Assembly: GCF_001194135.2 (NCBI RefSeq)
Contig: NC_068987.1
Coordinates: forward strand, 11,515,438-11,579,437
Source: Octopus bimaculoides
Taxonomy: Eukaryota
Length of the DNA: 64,000 bases
Direction: 5' to 3'
This document shows positions 26,054 to 39,695 of the stretch, one piece after another. The translations under genes and the position numbers were made by a program. Numbering within the stretch: position 1 is the first letter of the stretch; every line of letters starts with the position of its first letter. Under the pieces are notes generated by a model that was not told the DNA's origin, made no database searches, and saw only the letters and a program-made list of their open reading frames with translations.

Positions 26054-26272
26054 CGAGGGGGTGCTGAAAAGTTCCTGGCTTTAAGGGTATTGTGCAAGGC
26101 CTATTTGGAGGCCCAAACCTTCCAAGTTTTTTTTACAGGGCTTAAGAAAACTGAAGGACTGCTGCAATAAGTGTGTGAATCAGAGAGGGGAATATGTTGA
26201 ATAAAATAATTAACTGATCCTCCTGTATTTTCTTTTGCAGAATGCCAGGAACTTTTCAGCCCCCTTCCCTTG
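26054..26272. mobile_element. mariner-derived MITE
   Basis: TIR CGAGGGGGTGCTGAAAAGTTCCTGGC...GCCAGGAACTTTTCAGCCCCCT; partial copy at about 27500-27625. Confidence 0.75.
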
Positions 26273-26339
26273 TGTATGTATATATATGTGTGTGTGTGTG
26301 TGTGGCACATAAAATGCACCATTTTGAGCGTGGCCGTTG

Positions 26340-26556
26340 CCAGTAGCACCTGATTGGCCTTCATGCCGGTGGCACGTAAAAGCACCCACTACACTCTCTG
26401 AGTGGTTGGCGTTAGGAAGGGCATCCAGCTGTAGAAACTCTGCCAGATCAGATTGGAGCCTGGTGTAGCCATCTGGTTTCACCAGTCCTCAGTCAAATCG
26501 TCCAACCCATGCTAGCATGGAAAGCAGACATTAAACGACGACGATGATGATGATAT
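26340..26556 (+). mobile_element. RTE LINE 3'-UTR/tail fragment (one of about 14 short copies)
   Basis: GTAAAAGCACCCACTACACTCT...GGAAGGGCATCCAGCTGTAGAAAC...CCATGCTAGCATGGAAAG...TTAAACGA(YGA)n. Others at about 3790, 15760, 17150, 23480, 27650, 28250, 30620, 33400, 53540, 53710, 57110, 58730. Confidence 0.85.
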
Positions 26557-26630
26557 ATATATATATATATATATATACATGCATATGCAAGTGAATATAT
26601 ATGCATGCACATGTACGTATATATTTATAC

Positions 26631-26663
<33 letters not shown>

Positions 26664-26904
26664 TACATACATATATATGTATATATATATATATATTTAT
26701 ATATATGATACATACTGTTAAATATCTGAAGATCTGTGGAGGATGAAAACAGCATCAAACTTATTAAATTGGTAGTTAAATGGGCAATTCTTTGAAAACA
26801 TAAATGTTTAAGCCTCTTACTAGCAAAGCAGTTGAATTAATCCTCCTATGACGGTCTTTCATACTTGGATGTGGAACCAACAGTCTGCCTAAATGAGACA
26901 TTAT

Positions 26905-27152
26905 TTAGTAGTAGTAGTAGTAGTAGTAGAGGAGTTGTGCTGGTGGTAGAAGTTGTCATAGTTGTAGTGGTGATGGTGGTGGTGGTAGGGATGGTGATGA
27001 TGATTGTGGTGATGGTGGTGGTGGTGATAGAAGTGGTAGTTGCGTTGGTAGTGGTGATGGAAGTGGTGGCTGTTTTGGTGGTGGTCATTGTCTTAGTAGT
27101 AGTAGTTGTGGAAGTGGTGATATTGGTAGTGGCAGAGGCAGTGGTAGTAGTC
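26905..27152. repeat. (TAG)n/(TGG)n low-complexity tract
   Basis: Degenerate GTG/GTA trinucleotides producing V-rich and T-rich pseudo-ORFs. Confidence 0.85.
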
Positions 27153-30100
27153 TTCACCAGCCATGCCATCATCCTCAAAACATCCTTGCAACATCAGAAT
27201 TAAGGAAGCACTCCCCTTCTGCCCTGCTTGCCACTGGTCACTGTGATATAACCAATGGAGGTGGCAATGTTGGTTTGCTCATTTACAGCAGTGGTCTTTG
27301 ACCACCAGACCATGGGTCATTTAGTTCCAAGCCACACAGAAAGAATAAATTTTTTTAATTCATTTCTATTTTATTGACCACTACAGTCTGCAGGTTGGTT
27401 TTGCATTACGTTTGTATTATATAATGTATATGTATTATATATGTAATAGTTAATTTATATATCATGCACGTCATTGTGTTTTGCTATTCACATGATTAAA
27501 AAACTGAAGGATCACTGCAATAAGTTTGTGAATCTGAGAAGGGGTATATGTTGAATAAAATCATAATTAACTGATCCTCCTACATTTTTTTATTACCCAG
27601 AGCCAGGAACTTTTTATCATCCCCTTATATGTGTGTGTATGTATATCATCATCATCATCATCATCGTTTAACGTCCGCTTTCCATGCTAGCATGGGTTGG
27701 ACGATTTGACTGAGGACTGGTGAAACCGGATGGCAACACCAGGCTCCAGTCTGATTTGGCAGAGTTTCTACAGCTGGATGCCCTTCCTAACGCCAACCAC
27801 TCAGAGAGTGTANNNNNNNNNNNNNNNNNNNNATATATATATATATAAAGCAGTTGTATGCTGTCAACTTAATGTGACAGTCCCATGAAGGGAATAATAC
27901 TACTGTTATTTAGCCCTAGGAAGCAGTGCCACTTCCTGTCAACCTTGACACATTTCCTGTGTCCTTATGTTTACAAGGTGGGGGGATAAGCACCTCCACT
28001 CAGCTAAGTCTGCATCCAGAGACTAGTTTCTGAGTCTTTGCTCGTCTTCGATCTTCAGTTTACAAGAGCTAGATAGGCATCTCCAAATAGCAAGCCATGC
28101 TACTCCAGACTGAAGAGCTGAAGATGCCTATCTAGCTCTGAGTTCCTTTTCCGTGTTGGGCCTCTTGGAGGCAACGACCAAGACGTTTGGCATTATGTCA
28201 TGCTTGAGAAGACCCATCAATCTAAGCAAAATCGCAGCCGTGGACTGGTGTCACGCAAATGGCACCTGTGCCAATGGCATGTAAAAGCACTCATTACACT
28301 CTTGGAGTGGTTGGCATTAGGAAGGGCATCCAACCTAACCGTGCCAGATCAGACTGAAGTCTGATGCAGCCTTCCAGTGTGTCAGTCTAGTCAAGCCTTC
28401 AAACTCATGCCAGCCATGGAAAAACGGACGTTAAATGATGAGAGTGTGTGTGTGTGTGTGTGTGTCACACCCACATTTACACATCTCCGTTAGCATTAGA
28501 AGTAAAGAGAAACAACATAACTCCCGCTGGAAGTTATTGTACGGAGTGGGGATACTTCAAGTGAAAATTACTGGTGTGTGTGTGTGCGCACGCAAATATT
28601 TGTGTGTGAGTGTGCTCACGCACTAGTGAATCTATATATTTATAGTCTTAACCATGAAACTCATTGCATGTGTGTGTTTATAGAAATTCCATGAATATAT
28701 TTCTGATGTATTCAATGTGCATATGCATCACTTGAATATATATATATATATACATACACACACAAAGGTGTATGTAGATAGAATATGATTCGATACATGT
28801 ATTTGCCTGCTGTATCAATATTTTCTAAATCTCTCAATCAATCTCAAAGAACAAAATTAAAAAAAAAAAAAATGAAATAAAATAAAATAAAATAAATTCT
28901 GTAATACCAGAAAATGAAGAAAAACAAACAGCAAAAAATATTTTAAAGTAATAATAATATTAATAATAATAATAATAATAATAAAGAATATTGCGTTAAG
29001 ACTGGCTTATCGAATATCGTTACTGCTATACATCGAACTGTTCCTCTCAAACTAATCAGCATAGACAGAACTCTTACCAATATCCAATACTCAGCGATCG
29101 ATTATTTGTTTACATGTATCGTGTATGCACCTATGTGTAACGGTATTTTAACTACGCTAATTCAAACGATATCAACTAAGAGATGTGTGTGTGTGCGTTT
29201 GTGTGTGTATACATATACATTTATGCCTGTTCATAGCGCACGCACACACGTTATAGATATGTGTATACACACACATATATAGATATATAGATGTATAATT
29301 TTTGTTTTCTCTGATTGGTGCTTTTTGTTACTCGTTCTCCATGACTTCAATACTTATTCTTGTTTCCGCATGTATCTCTCTCTCTCCATTTATATATATA
29401 TACATACGCACACACAGAGGCGATCACATAAGTGTAAAACAAGGTAGAAAAAAACAGTAGCTTTAAAATTGCAGCGTTAATAAAAAGTACACACACACAC
29501 ACACACACAGATAGTATGAGTAAGAAGATTTAGGTGTCTTTAGTCATGTCATACCTATGGCTAAATTACTCAATGTCTTTTCTTTCAGTCTTGTAAAGCA
29601 TCAGAGTATATTATTTGAGAGATTTGGCAGCTACTTCTGCCACAAAAAAAAAAGCTTCCTTGCTTTGCTTGCATTAGTTTGGGAAAAACTAAAATATTGG
29701 TTTCCAATGTTGGCTCAAGGCCAGGTAGTTCAACGGTTGGTTGTAAGTCAATTACAACCACCCCTGTGCTCATCTAGTACTTATTTTATCGACCCCTGGA
29801 AGGACGAAAGGTAAAACTGACCTTGGAAGAATTTGAGTTCAGAACGTAAAGACAGACAAAATGCTGCTATGCATTCTGCCGGCTCACCATCTTAAGGGGA
29901 ATATTGTTAGTGGATTTTACGGTGCCATTTTGTCCTAAATGTTAGATCTTTTTGGTGGAATTTCAGAGCAAGTTCCATACCCCATAAAGAAAGAAAAAAA
30001 AAAAATTATCAAAAAGTTCTATGTTTCATACAATAATAATTATGCTATTCTTTTAGTATTCTTTTTTATCATTTTTACTTGTTTCAGTCATTTGACCACA

Positions 30101-32374
30101 GCCATGTTGGAGCATTGCCTTGAAGGGTTTTTGTCAAACAAATCGATCTTAGGACTAGTTATTTTTTTTTAAAGCCTAGTACTTATTCTATTTTTTTCTT
30201 TTGCTGAACCACTAAGTTATGGGGACTTAAACACACCAACACCGATTGTCAAACAGTCATGGCGGGGACAGACACAGACAGACACCTACACACACACACA
30301 TACACAATGGGCCTCTTTCAGTTTCCATCTACCAAATCCAATCACAAGGCTTTGGTTGACCTGAGGCTATAGGAGAAGACACTTGCCCAAGGTATCGTGC
30401 AATGGAACTGAACTCAGAACCATGTGGTTGGCAAGCAAGCTTCTCACCACACAGCCATGCCTGCACCTATATGACATTTTTCTTTTTCCAAAAATTTCAA
30501 TTTTAACATATTGTTTCCTACTTCTGTAACCATTTCCTTCTCCACATGGCATGGGACACCTATTCTCAAACACCGCTGATATATCTTTAATTGATTTTCC
30601 TATTTTAGTCTGTTGTTCATTTTTTATCATCATCATCATCATCATTTTACACCTATTTTCTTTACTGGTGTGGGTTAGACAGTTCAACTGGAACTGGTAA
30701 GCTGGGGAGCTGCACCAGGTTCCAGTCTGATTTGGCATGGTTTCTACAGCTGGATGCCTTTCCTAACACCAACCACCCCAAGAGTGTAATGGGTGCTTCT
30801 TACAAACCACCAGCACAGGTGCCATTTACATAATATTGGCAACGGCCACAACTACAATTTCACAGGTGCCATTCACATGACACAGGCAATGGCTCTGACA
30901 ATGATTCCACTTGGTTTGGTGAGTCTTGTGAAGCACAGCATATTGCAACAGGTCTTAGTCACTTGTCATTGCTTCCATGTAGACCAAAATACATAATACT
31001 CACACAGGCTTCTTTCAGTTTCCGTCTACCAAATCTACTCACAAAGCTTTGGTCGACCCGAGGTTATAGTAGAAGGCATTTGCCCAAGGTTCCCGAACCT
31101 GGAACTATGTGGTTGGGAAGCAAACATCTTATGACATAGCATGTCTGCTAATTTTGGGACAATTTGTAAAAAAAAATGTAAAGACAAATATAAATACATA
31201 GCAGTTTTTATACAATTTTACTGATATTTGATAAAATTTCACAAAGGAAAAACACATAAAGACCCCAAAAAAACCAAGTTGAACTTAAGAAGTAGCAACA
31301 CTCAATCATAACTTAAAGAAAATTCTTACTCCCTGTTCCTGTAAAATTTTTTAAAGTTCCTTCAATTTACCTTCTTCACACCGTATATCTATGGCTCGTT
31401 AATAGAAAACATGAAAAATATCATTGAAAATTCTGAAATTTTAGAAAAATATTGGAAAATGTTCAATTTGGACTAAGGGTGAAGAAACAGTATTGGATAA
31501 TTTTTTCAAAATACAATCAATCACTCTTTCTTTTTCTCCTCCATAATCCTTCTCTCACTCCCTCTACATAGGCATGTCTATATATATTGCTATGTGTGTG
31601 TATTTACTTTATAACTTTTGCTCTATATCTCATTTCTTTCTTTCAAACATCAACCTAATAATATTAACTGTGAATGCCCCTTGAAATTTTATTATTATTA
31701 GTATATTTATTAGTATTTGACTTGTTTTATATNNNNNNNNNNNNNNNNNNNNNNNNNNNNNNNNNNNNNNNNNNNNNNNNNNNNNNNNNNNNNNNNNNNN
31801 NNNNNNNNNNNNNNNNNNNNNNNNNNNNNNNNNNNNNNNNNNNNNNNNNNNNNNNNNNNNNNNNNNNNNNNNNNNNNNNNNNNNNNNNNNNNNNNNNNNN
31901 NNNNNNNNNNNNNNNNNNNNNNNNNNNNNNNNNNNNNNNNNNNNNNNNNNNNNNNNNNNNNNNNNNNNNNNNNNNNNNNNNNNNNNNNNNNNNNNNNNNN
32001 NNNNNNNNNNNNNNNNNNNNNNNNNNNNNNNNNNNNNNNNNNNNNNNNNNNNNNNNNNNNNNNNNNNNNNNNNNNNNNNNNNNNNNNNNNNNNNNNNNNN
32101 NNNNNNNNNNNNNNNNNNNNNNNNNNNNNNNNNNNNNNNNNNNNNNNNNNNNNNNNNNNNNNNNNNNNNNNNNNNNNNNNNNNNNNNNNNNNNNNNNNNN
32201 NNNNNNNNNNNNNNNNNNNNNNNNNNNNNNNTCAATACATACAGATTCTCGTATATACAGGATTTAAAGTTAAGTTTAAATTAAATTATGTAACGATTTA
32301 CCTGTATAAGAAGATCTATATGTATCTCCTCAGGTGATACTCAGTTGCTGTCTCCGTAAGCAAATCTAGCAATC

Positions 32375-32790
32375 ACCATCATCATTGTTGTCATCATCAC
32401 TATCGTCGTCATCATCATCGTTGTCGGTGGCGGGGGCATTGTCATTGTCGTCGTCATCATTGCCATCATCATTGCTGTCGGCGTCATCGCCATCATCGTC
32501 ATCACCATCGTCGTCCTCATTGCTGTCGTCATCATCGCCATCATCGTCATCATCACCATCGTCGTCAACATCGCCGTCCTCATTGCTGTCGTCATCATCG
32601 CCATCATTGCTGTCATCTTTGTCGTCATCGTCATCATTGTCATCACCATCGTCGTCCTCATTGCTGTCATCATTGCCAACATCATTGTCTTCATCATCAT
32701 TGTTGTTATGATGATGGCGATCATTGTCATCATTGTCTTCATCATCATTGTTGTCGTGATGATGATGATCATTGTCATCATCATTGTTAT
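32375..32790. repeat. Compound (CAT/CGT)n trinucleotide array with higher-order units
   Basis: Recurring unit CCTCATTGCTGTCGTCATCATCGCCATCAT; yields low-complexity ORFs rich in D, in M/T or in S. Confidence 0.9.
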
Positions 32791-33253
32791 TACACACACA
32801 CACACAAATATTGTTACAAAACCAAACTCACTAAAATGTTCTTTTACCACCAATGGTTAAATGCTTATCAAACATTTAACCATTCATGCTTTTGTTTTCT
32901 CAACATAAGAATCAAAATGGTTAAGAATCAAAGCAGGGAATGGTCATGACTCTTCTTCATGAAGCTATTGTTCCAATATTGGTTTTGCTGCTACACACAA
33001 AGTTCTCAGACACGGATGTGAAAAATATTGACATGACAATCAAAAATTAACTCCGTATTCTAAAGTGACAGGTAGTGAATGGTATCAAATGTTTTTTCAA
33101 AAATTAATACTGGTTTCTGTAATTACAGACTTTTACCACATCCTATTACATTAAAATGACACCGTACAGACAGTCACACAGCCAGAATTTCATAGCTACA
33201 CACTGACTGCTCAGTACGGAAGTTACTTTCTATATCCCACTTCGGCTTGTTAA

Positions 33254-33979
33254 CCCTTTCGTTACCAACCCAGCTGAAACCAGCTCTGGCTCTGTAGTAC
33301 AAATGTCTTGTTTTCATAAGTCTTGAATTAAAATCTTCCACGAAACCTTAGTCACAATTTATGCTCCTAACACTAGCTTAAAGATAACTGAGTTCATCAT
33401 CATCATTGTCGTTTAACATCCGCTTTCCATGCTAGCATGGGTTGGATGATTTGATTGAGGAATGGCAAGCCAGAAGGCTTCACCAGGCTCCAATCTGATC
33501 TGGCAGACTTCCTATGGCTGGATGCCCTTCCTAACGCCAACTACTCCAAGTGTGTAGTGGGTGCTTTTACGTGCCACCGGCATGAGGGCCAGTCACACAG
33601 TACTGGCAACGGCCATGATCAAAAAGGTGTTTTTTACATGCCACCTGGACGGCAGCCAGTCCAGCGGCACTGGCAACAACCTCGCTCGAATGATTTTCTA
33701 ACGTGCCACCAGCACAATTGCTAGAAGGCGACGCTGGTAACGATTACACTCAAATGGTGCTATTTACAGGCCACTAGCACGGAAGCCAGACAGCTGCTCT
33801 GGAAATGAACACGCTCAGACAGTGCTGTTAGTGCTCCACTGGCGCAGGTACCAGTCATTGAATATGGTTTGATTTCGATTTCACTTGCCCCAACAAGTTA
33901 TTTTACTAAATTCTTTGTTATATTTAAAGTAACTGAAAGAAACACAAAGCATCTCAAAATAAATACAGTAACGAAAGGG
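33254..33979. mobile_element. piggyBac-like MITE interrupted by an RTE 3' fragment
   Basis: TTAA|CCCTTTCGTTAC...GTAACGAAAGGG|TTAA (12-bp perfect TIR, TTAA TSD); a minus-strand RTE tail and 3' UTR occupy about 33395-33895. Confidence 0.85.
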
Positions 33980-35166
33980 TTAAAGATTGCAGTAATGGAA
34001 GATACTTTGCTAGTGTAAATGATGTATTCTTGTGCAAGATACTCCCAGAGCCATCTTAACAGTATTGTAGGCCCCTGGGTGAATCAATGCACCGAGTTCT
34101 TTATTGACTCCATAAGTCACTGAAAATTGTGGTTTTCGGAAGAACAGACTGATGTATGTATTCCTCTAGATGCAGTGGTTCCCAACCATATTTTGCCTAT
34201 GGACGACCCCTTTGATCTCTCTTTTACTCAGGTGGACACCCAGAGACATTTGATGTTTTAAAAAATATTTTTATACTTAAATATTATTAAGAACCGTATA
34301 AAAAAAACTGTTGAAAATATTCAACAGCACATTATGTCCTTCAAGTTGCTCCATTCCACTCAGCTGGCAAAAATGAATGGGACTTGTATTTCAAAGGGCC
34401 AGCCTTGTCACACTCTGTGTCATGTTGAATTTCCCTGAGAACTTATGTTAAGGTTATGTGTGTCTGAGGAGTGCTCAGCCACTTGCATGTTAGTATCACA
34501 AGGAGGCTGTTCCATTGATTGAATCAACCGGAACACTCATCATCATAACCGACGGAGTGTCAGTTCTAATAATCAAGCAATCAAATATTGTTCTTCAATC
34601 ACTTCTCTGATTCGCTGCCACATCCAAACATCATCGTTACACACTTATCGTAATAATATGTTAGAGTAGTTTTCTAAGAGAAAATATATGATTCTGTCCA
34701 TGTCAATACAACACTGTGACAATATACTGTAATAAAGTACGACAGCATAAATTTATCAAATATAAACTACATTACAGGGGTTATTACATTTTAACTTATC
34801 TTCTCTCAGATCAGTGGTATTGTTTATATTTTGGTTAAGAGAATTGTCATGATGTATGTATAATTTGTATTTCTGGCTCCAATGATGTTTTGTATTACCA
34901 TGATTGTCCACCAAGATGATGTGCTAACTCTATGGTTTTGCTGTCAGCCATGTACTGCAAATGGCTGACAGGCAAAAGAAAATTGAAAAACTTCTTTTGT
35001 TTTTCTTGGAGAACTTTTTCATTTAGACAACTAAAAAACATGTTTCTTAAAAGGTAACAAAGCCATTAAATAATGTAAGACACAAATCAGGTGTGGGTTG
35101 TGTATACTGAAGAAGTGGATATAATGAGATAATATGACTTTCACACATAACTACCAACATACTATA

Positions 35167-35561
35167 CTCTTTTACTTGTTTCAGTCTTTTGACTGTGGCC
35201 ATGCTGGAGCACTGCCTTTAGTCAAGCAAATTGACCCCAGGATTTATTCTTTAGAAGCCTAATACTTATTCTATCGGTCTCTTTTGCCGAACCGCTAAGT
35301 TACGGGGGACATAAACACACCAGCATCAGTTGTCAAGCAATGTTGGGGGTACAAACACAGACACACAAACATATACACACACACACACACATATATACGA
35401 TGAGCTTCTTTCAGTTTCCGTCTACCAAATCCACTCACAAGGCTTTGGTCGGCCCAAGGCTAAAGTAGAAGACACTTGCCCAAGGTGCCACGCAGTGGGA
35501 CTGAACCTGGGACCATGTCGTTGGTAAGCAAGCTATTTACCACACAGCCACTCCTACGCCT
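35167..35561 (-). mobile_element. SINE family A copy
   Basis: Full head, core, microsatellite and tail. Confidence 0.88.
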
Positions 35562-35937
35562 ACAGGTAATTCTTTTGTGAATTTACTGAAGCAAACACTG
35601 GATATTTTTGCTTTGCTTTCAATGTTTTATTAATAGTAAGATTGCAAGCTGGCAGAATCATTAGCATGTTTGGCAAAATGCTTAGCAGCATTTTGTCCAT
35701 CTTTATGTTCCGAGTTCAAATTCCACCACGGTCAACTTTGCCTTTCATCATTTCAGGGTGTACCAGTTGAAGTACTGGGGCTGATGTAATTGATAATCCC
35801 CTTTCTGAAATTACTAGCCTCATGCCAAAATTTGGAATCAATATTTAATTAACGGTGCAGATCTGGTGCTCTGGTCCATGGTGCTTAGTCTCCAATCTGT
35901 GATACAGTTGCATTTGACACAGCGAAATTCTTGGGTA

Positions 35938-36336
35938 TACTCTTTTACTTTTTCACTCGTTTCAGTCACTTGACTGTGGCCATGTTGGAGCACCGCCTTT
36001 AGTTGAGCAAATCGACCCCAAGACTTATTCTTTGTAAGCCTAGTACTTATTCTATCGGTCTCTTTTGCCGAACCGCTAATGTTACGGGGACGGAAACAAA
36101 CCAGCATCGGTTGTCAAGCGATGTTGGGGGGACACACAGACACACACACACACATATACATATATACGACGAGCTTCTTTCAGTTTCCGTCTACCAAATC
36201 CACTCACAAGGCTTTGGTCGGCCCGAGGCTATAGTAGAAGACACTTTGCCCAAGGTGCCACGCAGTGGGACTGAACCCGGAACCATGCGGTTCGTAAGCA
36301 AACTACTTACCACACCACACAGCCACTCCTACGTCC
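35938..36336 (-). mobile_element. SINE family A copy (little diverged)
   Basis: Full layout, CpGs largely retained. Confidence 0.88.
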
Positions 36337-37475
36337 ATAGGTAAAAATAAAAAAGTGATTACCACTGAGTTAAGTGGTTAATGTAATAGGCGTTCTCCTC
36401 TCTTTCTAATTAGTATTCTGCTCTCTTTCTACTGTAATTTGCCCACTTACAGTTACGTAACTTACATTCTATTTTCGAACCCGTAACTCCAGCACGATCG
36501 TCCTCTTTCTTTTTCTTATCAACTTTTGTATAATTCAGTAATTTATTTCGGCGTTGTACTTGCTTGTCAAGTGATTTGATTGTGGTCTGAAATCGTGTGT
36601 TGAAACTAAAACAATTGTAGCGTTGAAAACTCACACAAAGTCTGCTAACTACAAATAATGTTAAATTGAAGTCAACACTGTTTGCGTGTTTTTGAATTGT
36701 TAGTACGTGATTGTTTACGTTTTCTTCTAACCACTTAAGGATTTTTCAATTATCAATATTTTCAGATTAAGATTTGTGGTTGGAAGAAACCGAAAAATAT
36801 CCGTTATCATGCGTCTTCCATGCTGCACGAATGTCATTTATTAAAGCCATCTCCAATTTGCCAATTTTTCCAACCGATGTAAGGGAAATAATTCTAAATA
36901 AGTTAAACAATTGTCTCCCCTGATTATATTATCTATTTGCAAGAAATTGTTATACGAGGACTGAATTAAGTTCGAATTAACAATTTGTATTTATTTCTCG
37001 TTTTCTTGACGATCGTCTTGGGTATCAAAATATTCCCGAGACGTTATGTAACTAATCAATTGGTGACACTCAGAGTAGCCATTTTAATTATGTCTGTATG
37101 TAAGCAAGAACGTGTGTGTGTGTATATATATATATATGTATATATATATTTATATGTGTGTGTAGTACGCATGGAAATGCGTATGTGTATGTATGTAGGT
37201 ATGTTATGTATAGATGTGCGTGTGTGTATGTATGTATGTATGCTTTATCTTACTTGCTTCATTGGACTATGGCCATTGACGTAATATAATATAATGTAAT
37301 ACACACACACATACATATACATATATATACATACATATATATATATATATAGGCGGAGGCGTGGATGTGTGTTTCCCAACCACATGCTCTGCTCTCATGT
37401 CAATTCCGATTTCTGTAACATATTTTTCGAACTTGATCGTTAGTGCTTCGAGTGCCTCTATAACAACATGGGTCC

Positions 37476-38065
37476 AGATGGACTATATGTAATCTGAACC
37501 TTTCCCCCCTTATTTATTTTTAACCGAATCCCACGTTTTAGGCTATGGAGATTCCGATACTGAAAATTTTTTTCAAAAATCTCAATTTCAAAATTTCGAT
37601 TCTGCCCCCCCCACCGGTTTTTATATAGATCCACACCCTAACCATAACCGTAACCCTGACCCTAAACCTAACCCTAACACTAGTTTTGTGAGATTTGNNN
37701 NNNNNNNNNNNNNNNNNNNNNNNNNNNNNNNNNNNNNNNNNNNNNNNNNNNNNNNNNNNNNNNNNNNNNNNNNNNNNNNNNNNNNNNNNNNNNNNNNNNN
37801 NNNNNNNNNNNNNNNNNNNNNNNNNNNNNNNNNNNNNNNNNNNNNNNNNNNNNNNNNNNNNNNNNNNNNNNNNNNNNNNNNNNNNNNNNNNNNNNNNNNN
37901 NNNNNNNNNNNNNNNNNNNNNNNNNNNNNNNNNNNNNNNNNNNNNNNNNNNNNNNNNNNNNNNNNNNNNNNNNNNNNNNNNNNNNNNNNNNNNNNNNNNN
38001 NNNNNNNNNNNNNNNNNNNNNNNNNNNNNNNNNNNNNNNNNNNNNNGATTACATATAGTCCGTCT
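37476..38065. mobile_element. TIR element with telomere-like internal repeats (gapped)
   Basis: AGATGGACTATATGTAATC vs GATTACATATAGTCCGTCT (18/19 inverted); internal degenerate (CCCTAA) run at about 37636-37679. Confidence 0.6.
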
Positions 38066-39695
38066 CCGCCACAACATGAATGACAGACACTCTTCTCAAA
38101 ATCCACATTCTTGCAATTTTGTCTTTTAGTTTATTATTATTAATATTATTATTATTATTATGAGCTGGCGAAATGCTTAGCGGTATTTCGTCTGTCTTTA
38201 CGTCCTGAGTTCAAATTCCGCTGAATTCGACTTTGCCTTTCATCCTTTCGGGGTCAATGAATTAAGTACCAGTTGCATACTGGAGTTAATCTAATCAACT
38301 GCCACTCCCCACACTCCCCTGAAATTTCGGGCTTTGCGCTTAGAGTAGAAAGGATCATAATAATAATAATAATTATTATTATTATTATTAGTAGTAGTAA
38401 TTATTATTAATTATTTGAAAAATAAACGGGCTTTTGAAGTTCACGAATTCTTACTGTTATTTATAAAATACCTCAATGGACAACGTACTTAGTATAGCCT
38501 TATGTAAGGGAGACAACTCTATACCATAAACTTAAGGTGAAATAACTTAAAATCACGCATTGCCTTCCTAGCTTGTCACGTGCTAAGTGGTTATGTTACC
38601 GACGATGACCATGATAGTTCTTTTATTATAACAATCAAAGAAGCTCCTGAAATTGTACAATTCACAGTAGCTTTTTAGGTAACTTACTCATTTAGTTCCT
38701 TCTTTTAGTTTTTCGTGTAACCTCGTCTGAACTCAAATCACGCAGAGCTAGATCAAAGTGTCAGCTGTAATTATTCTGTTTCGAGCCGGCAGAATCGTTA
38801 TCACGGTGGACAAAATGCTTAGTGGCATTTCGTTCGTCTTTAATGAGTTTGTAATACTTCGACCGTGCGAACCAAAGGAGATGGCGACGTAGACGGAAAA
38901 GGCTCCTTTTTACCATGTCGCACGGTCGAACACAAAAATAAAGATATATACATATAGAGAGTAGGCTCCTCGTGAGAGAGATACGAGCCAAGTGCCAGTA
39001 AAGAAACAGATTAGGACAGACAACCGATATGATTTATTATGAGAGTAAGTTTATTAACATAGTGAAACTGTTTGTCTGTGTGTGCGTGCATGCGACATAT
39101 AAAATTAATACAGTAGATAAATCAGGCCTTGGTGTACAAGAGAAGGTATACAACAATGTGAAGTGACGGACAGCCGTATAAGCAATAGAGGATGTACAAA
39201 TATGTGAGTACAAGTGTGCGTGTGAATGAGAGCAAACACAGAACATAGAAAGAGTGTCTGTAACATAGACTGTAAAAAGTCCTAAAACACTGAGATAGAG
39301 AAATACCAGTTCGTATTAGAGTTACACAAGGAGATAGAATGTTCATACGCAGGAAGTTGTGGCCAAGGAGCAGAGCTATAGTATCACACTATGTGTGTTG
39401 AGCGTCGAATGCTGCGACCTGTGTTACCTGGTACGGAATATTCTGGCTGGTTAGTTCTGACTCTTATTCGTGAGTGGAAACAATCCACTCAACAGCGTCG
39501 AGATAAAACCAGTCTTGTTGATGTTGGTGTTGCTGGCGACGACAATGATAGACAGTGCATTGGTGGTGAAGACGTCGGCGCTGGAACTGGCTGTGTTCTG
39601 CATGTGTGGTCAGCGACCAGACCTGTGAGAGATCTGAAATCGAAGATGGTATGTGTGGCGAAAAAGGGCTCACCGGAAACCCAGTAAAACTCTTT

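Noticed and set aside
9913-34854. Plus-strand candidate microexons (about 9913-9936, 16521-16575, from 23139, 32322-32343, 34811-34854)
   Set aside because: They do not chain into a recognisable protein, and such AG...GT pairs are expected by chance in AT-rich DNA.
36410-36634. ORF MSFQRY...KKKKEDDRAG as a coding first exon
   Set aside because: Non-ATG start, no recognisable homology; several competing donors suggest at most a UTR exon.
37636-37679. Telomere or chromosome-fusion site
   Set aside because: Only a few degenerate hexamers, enclosed by TIRs of a small element.
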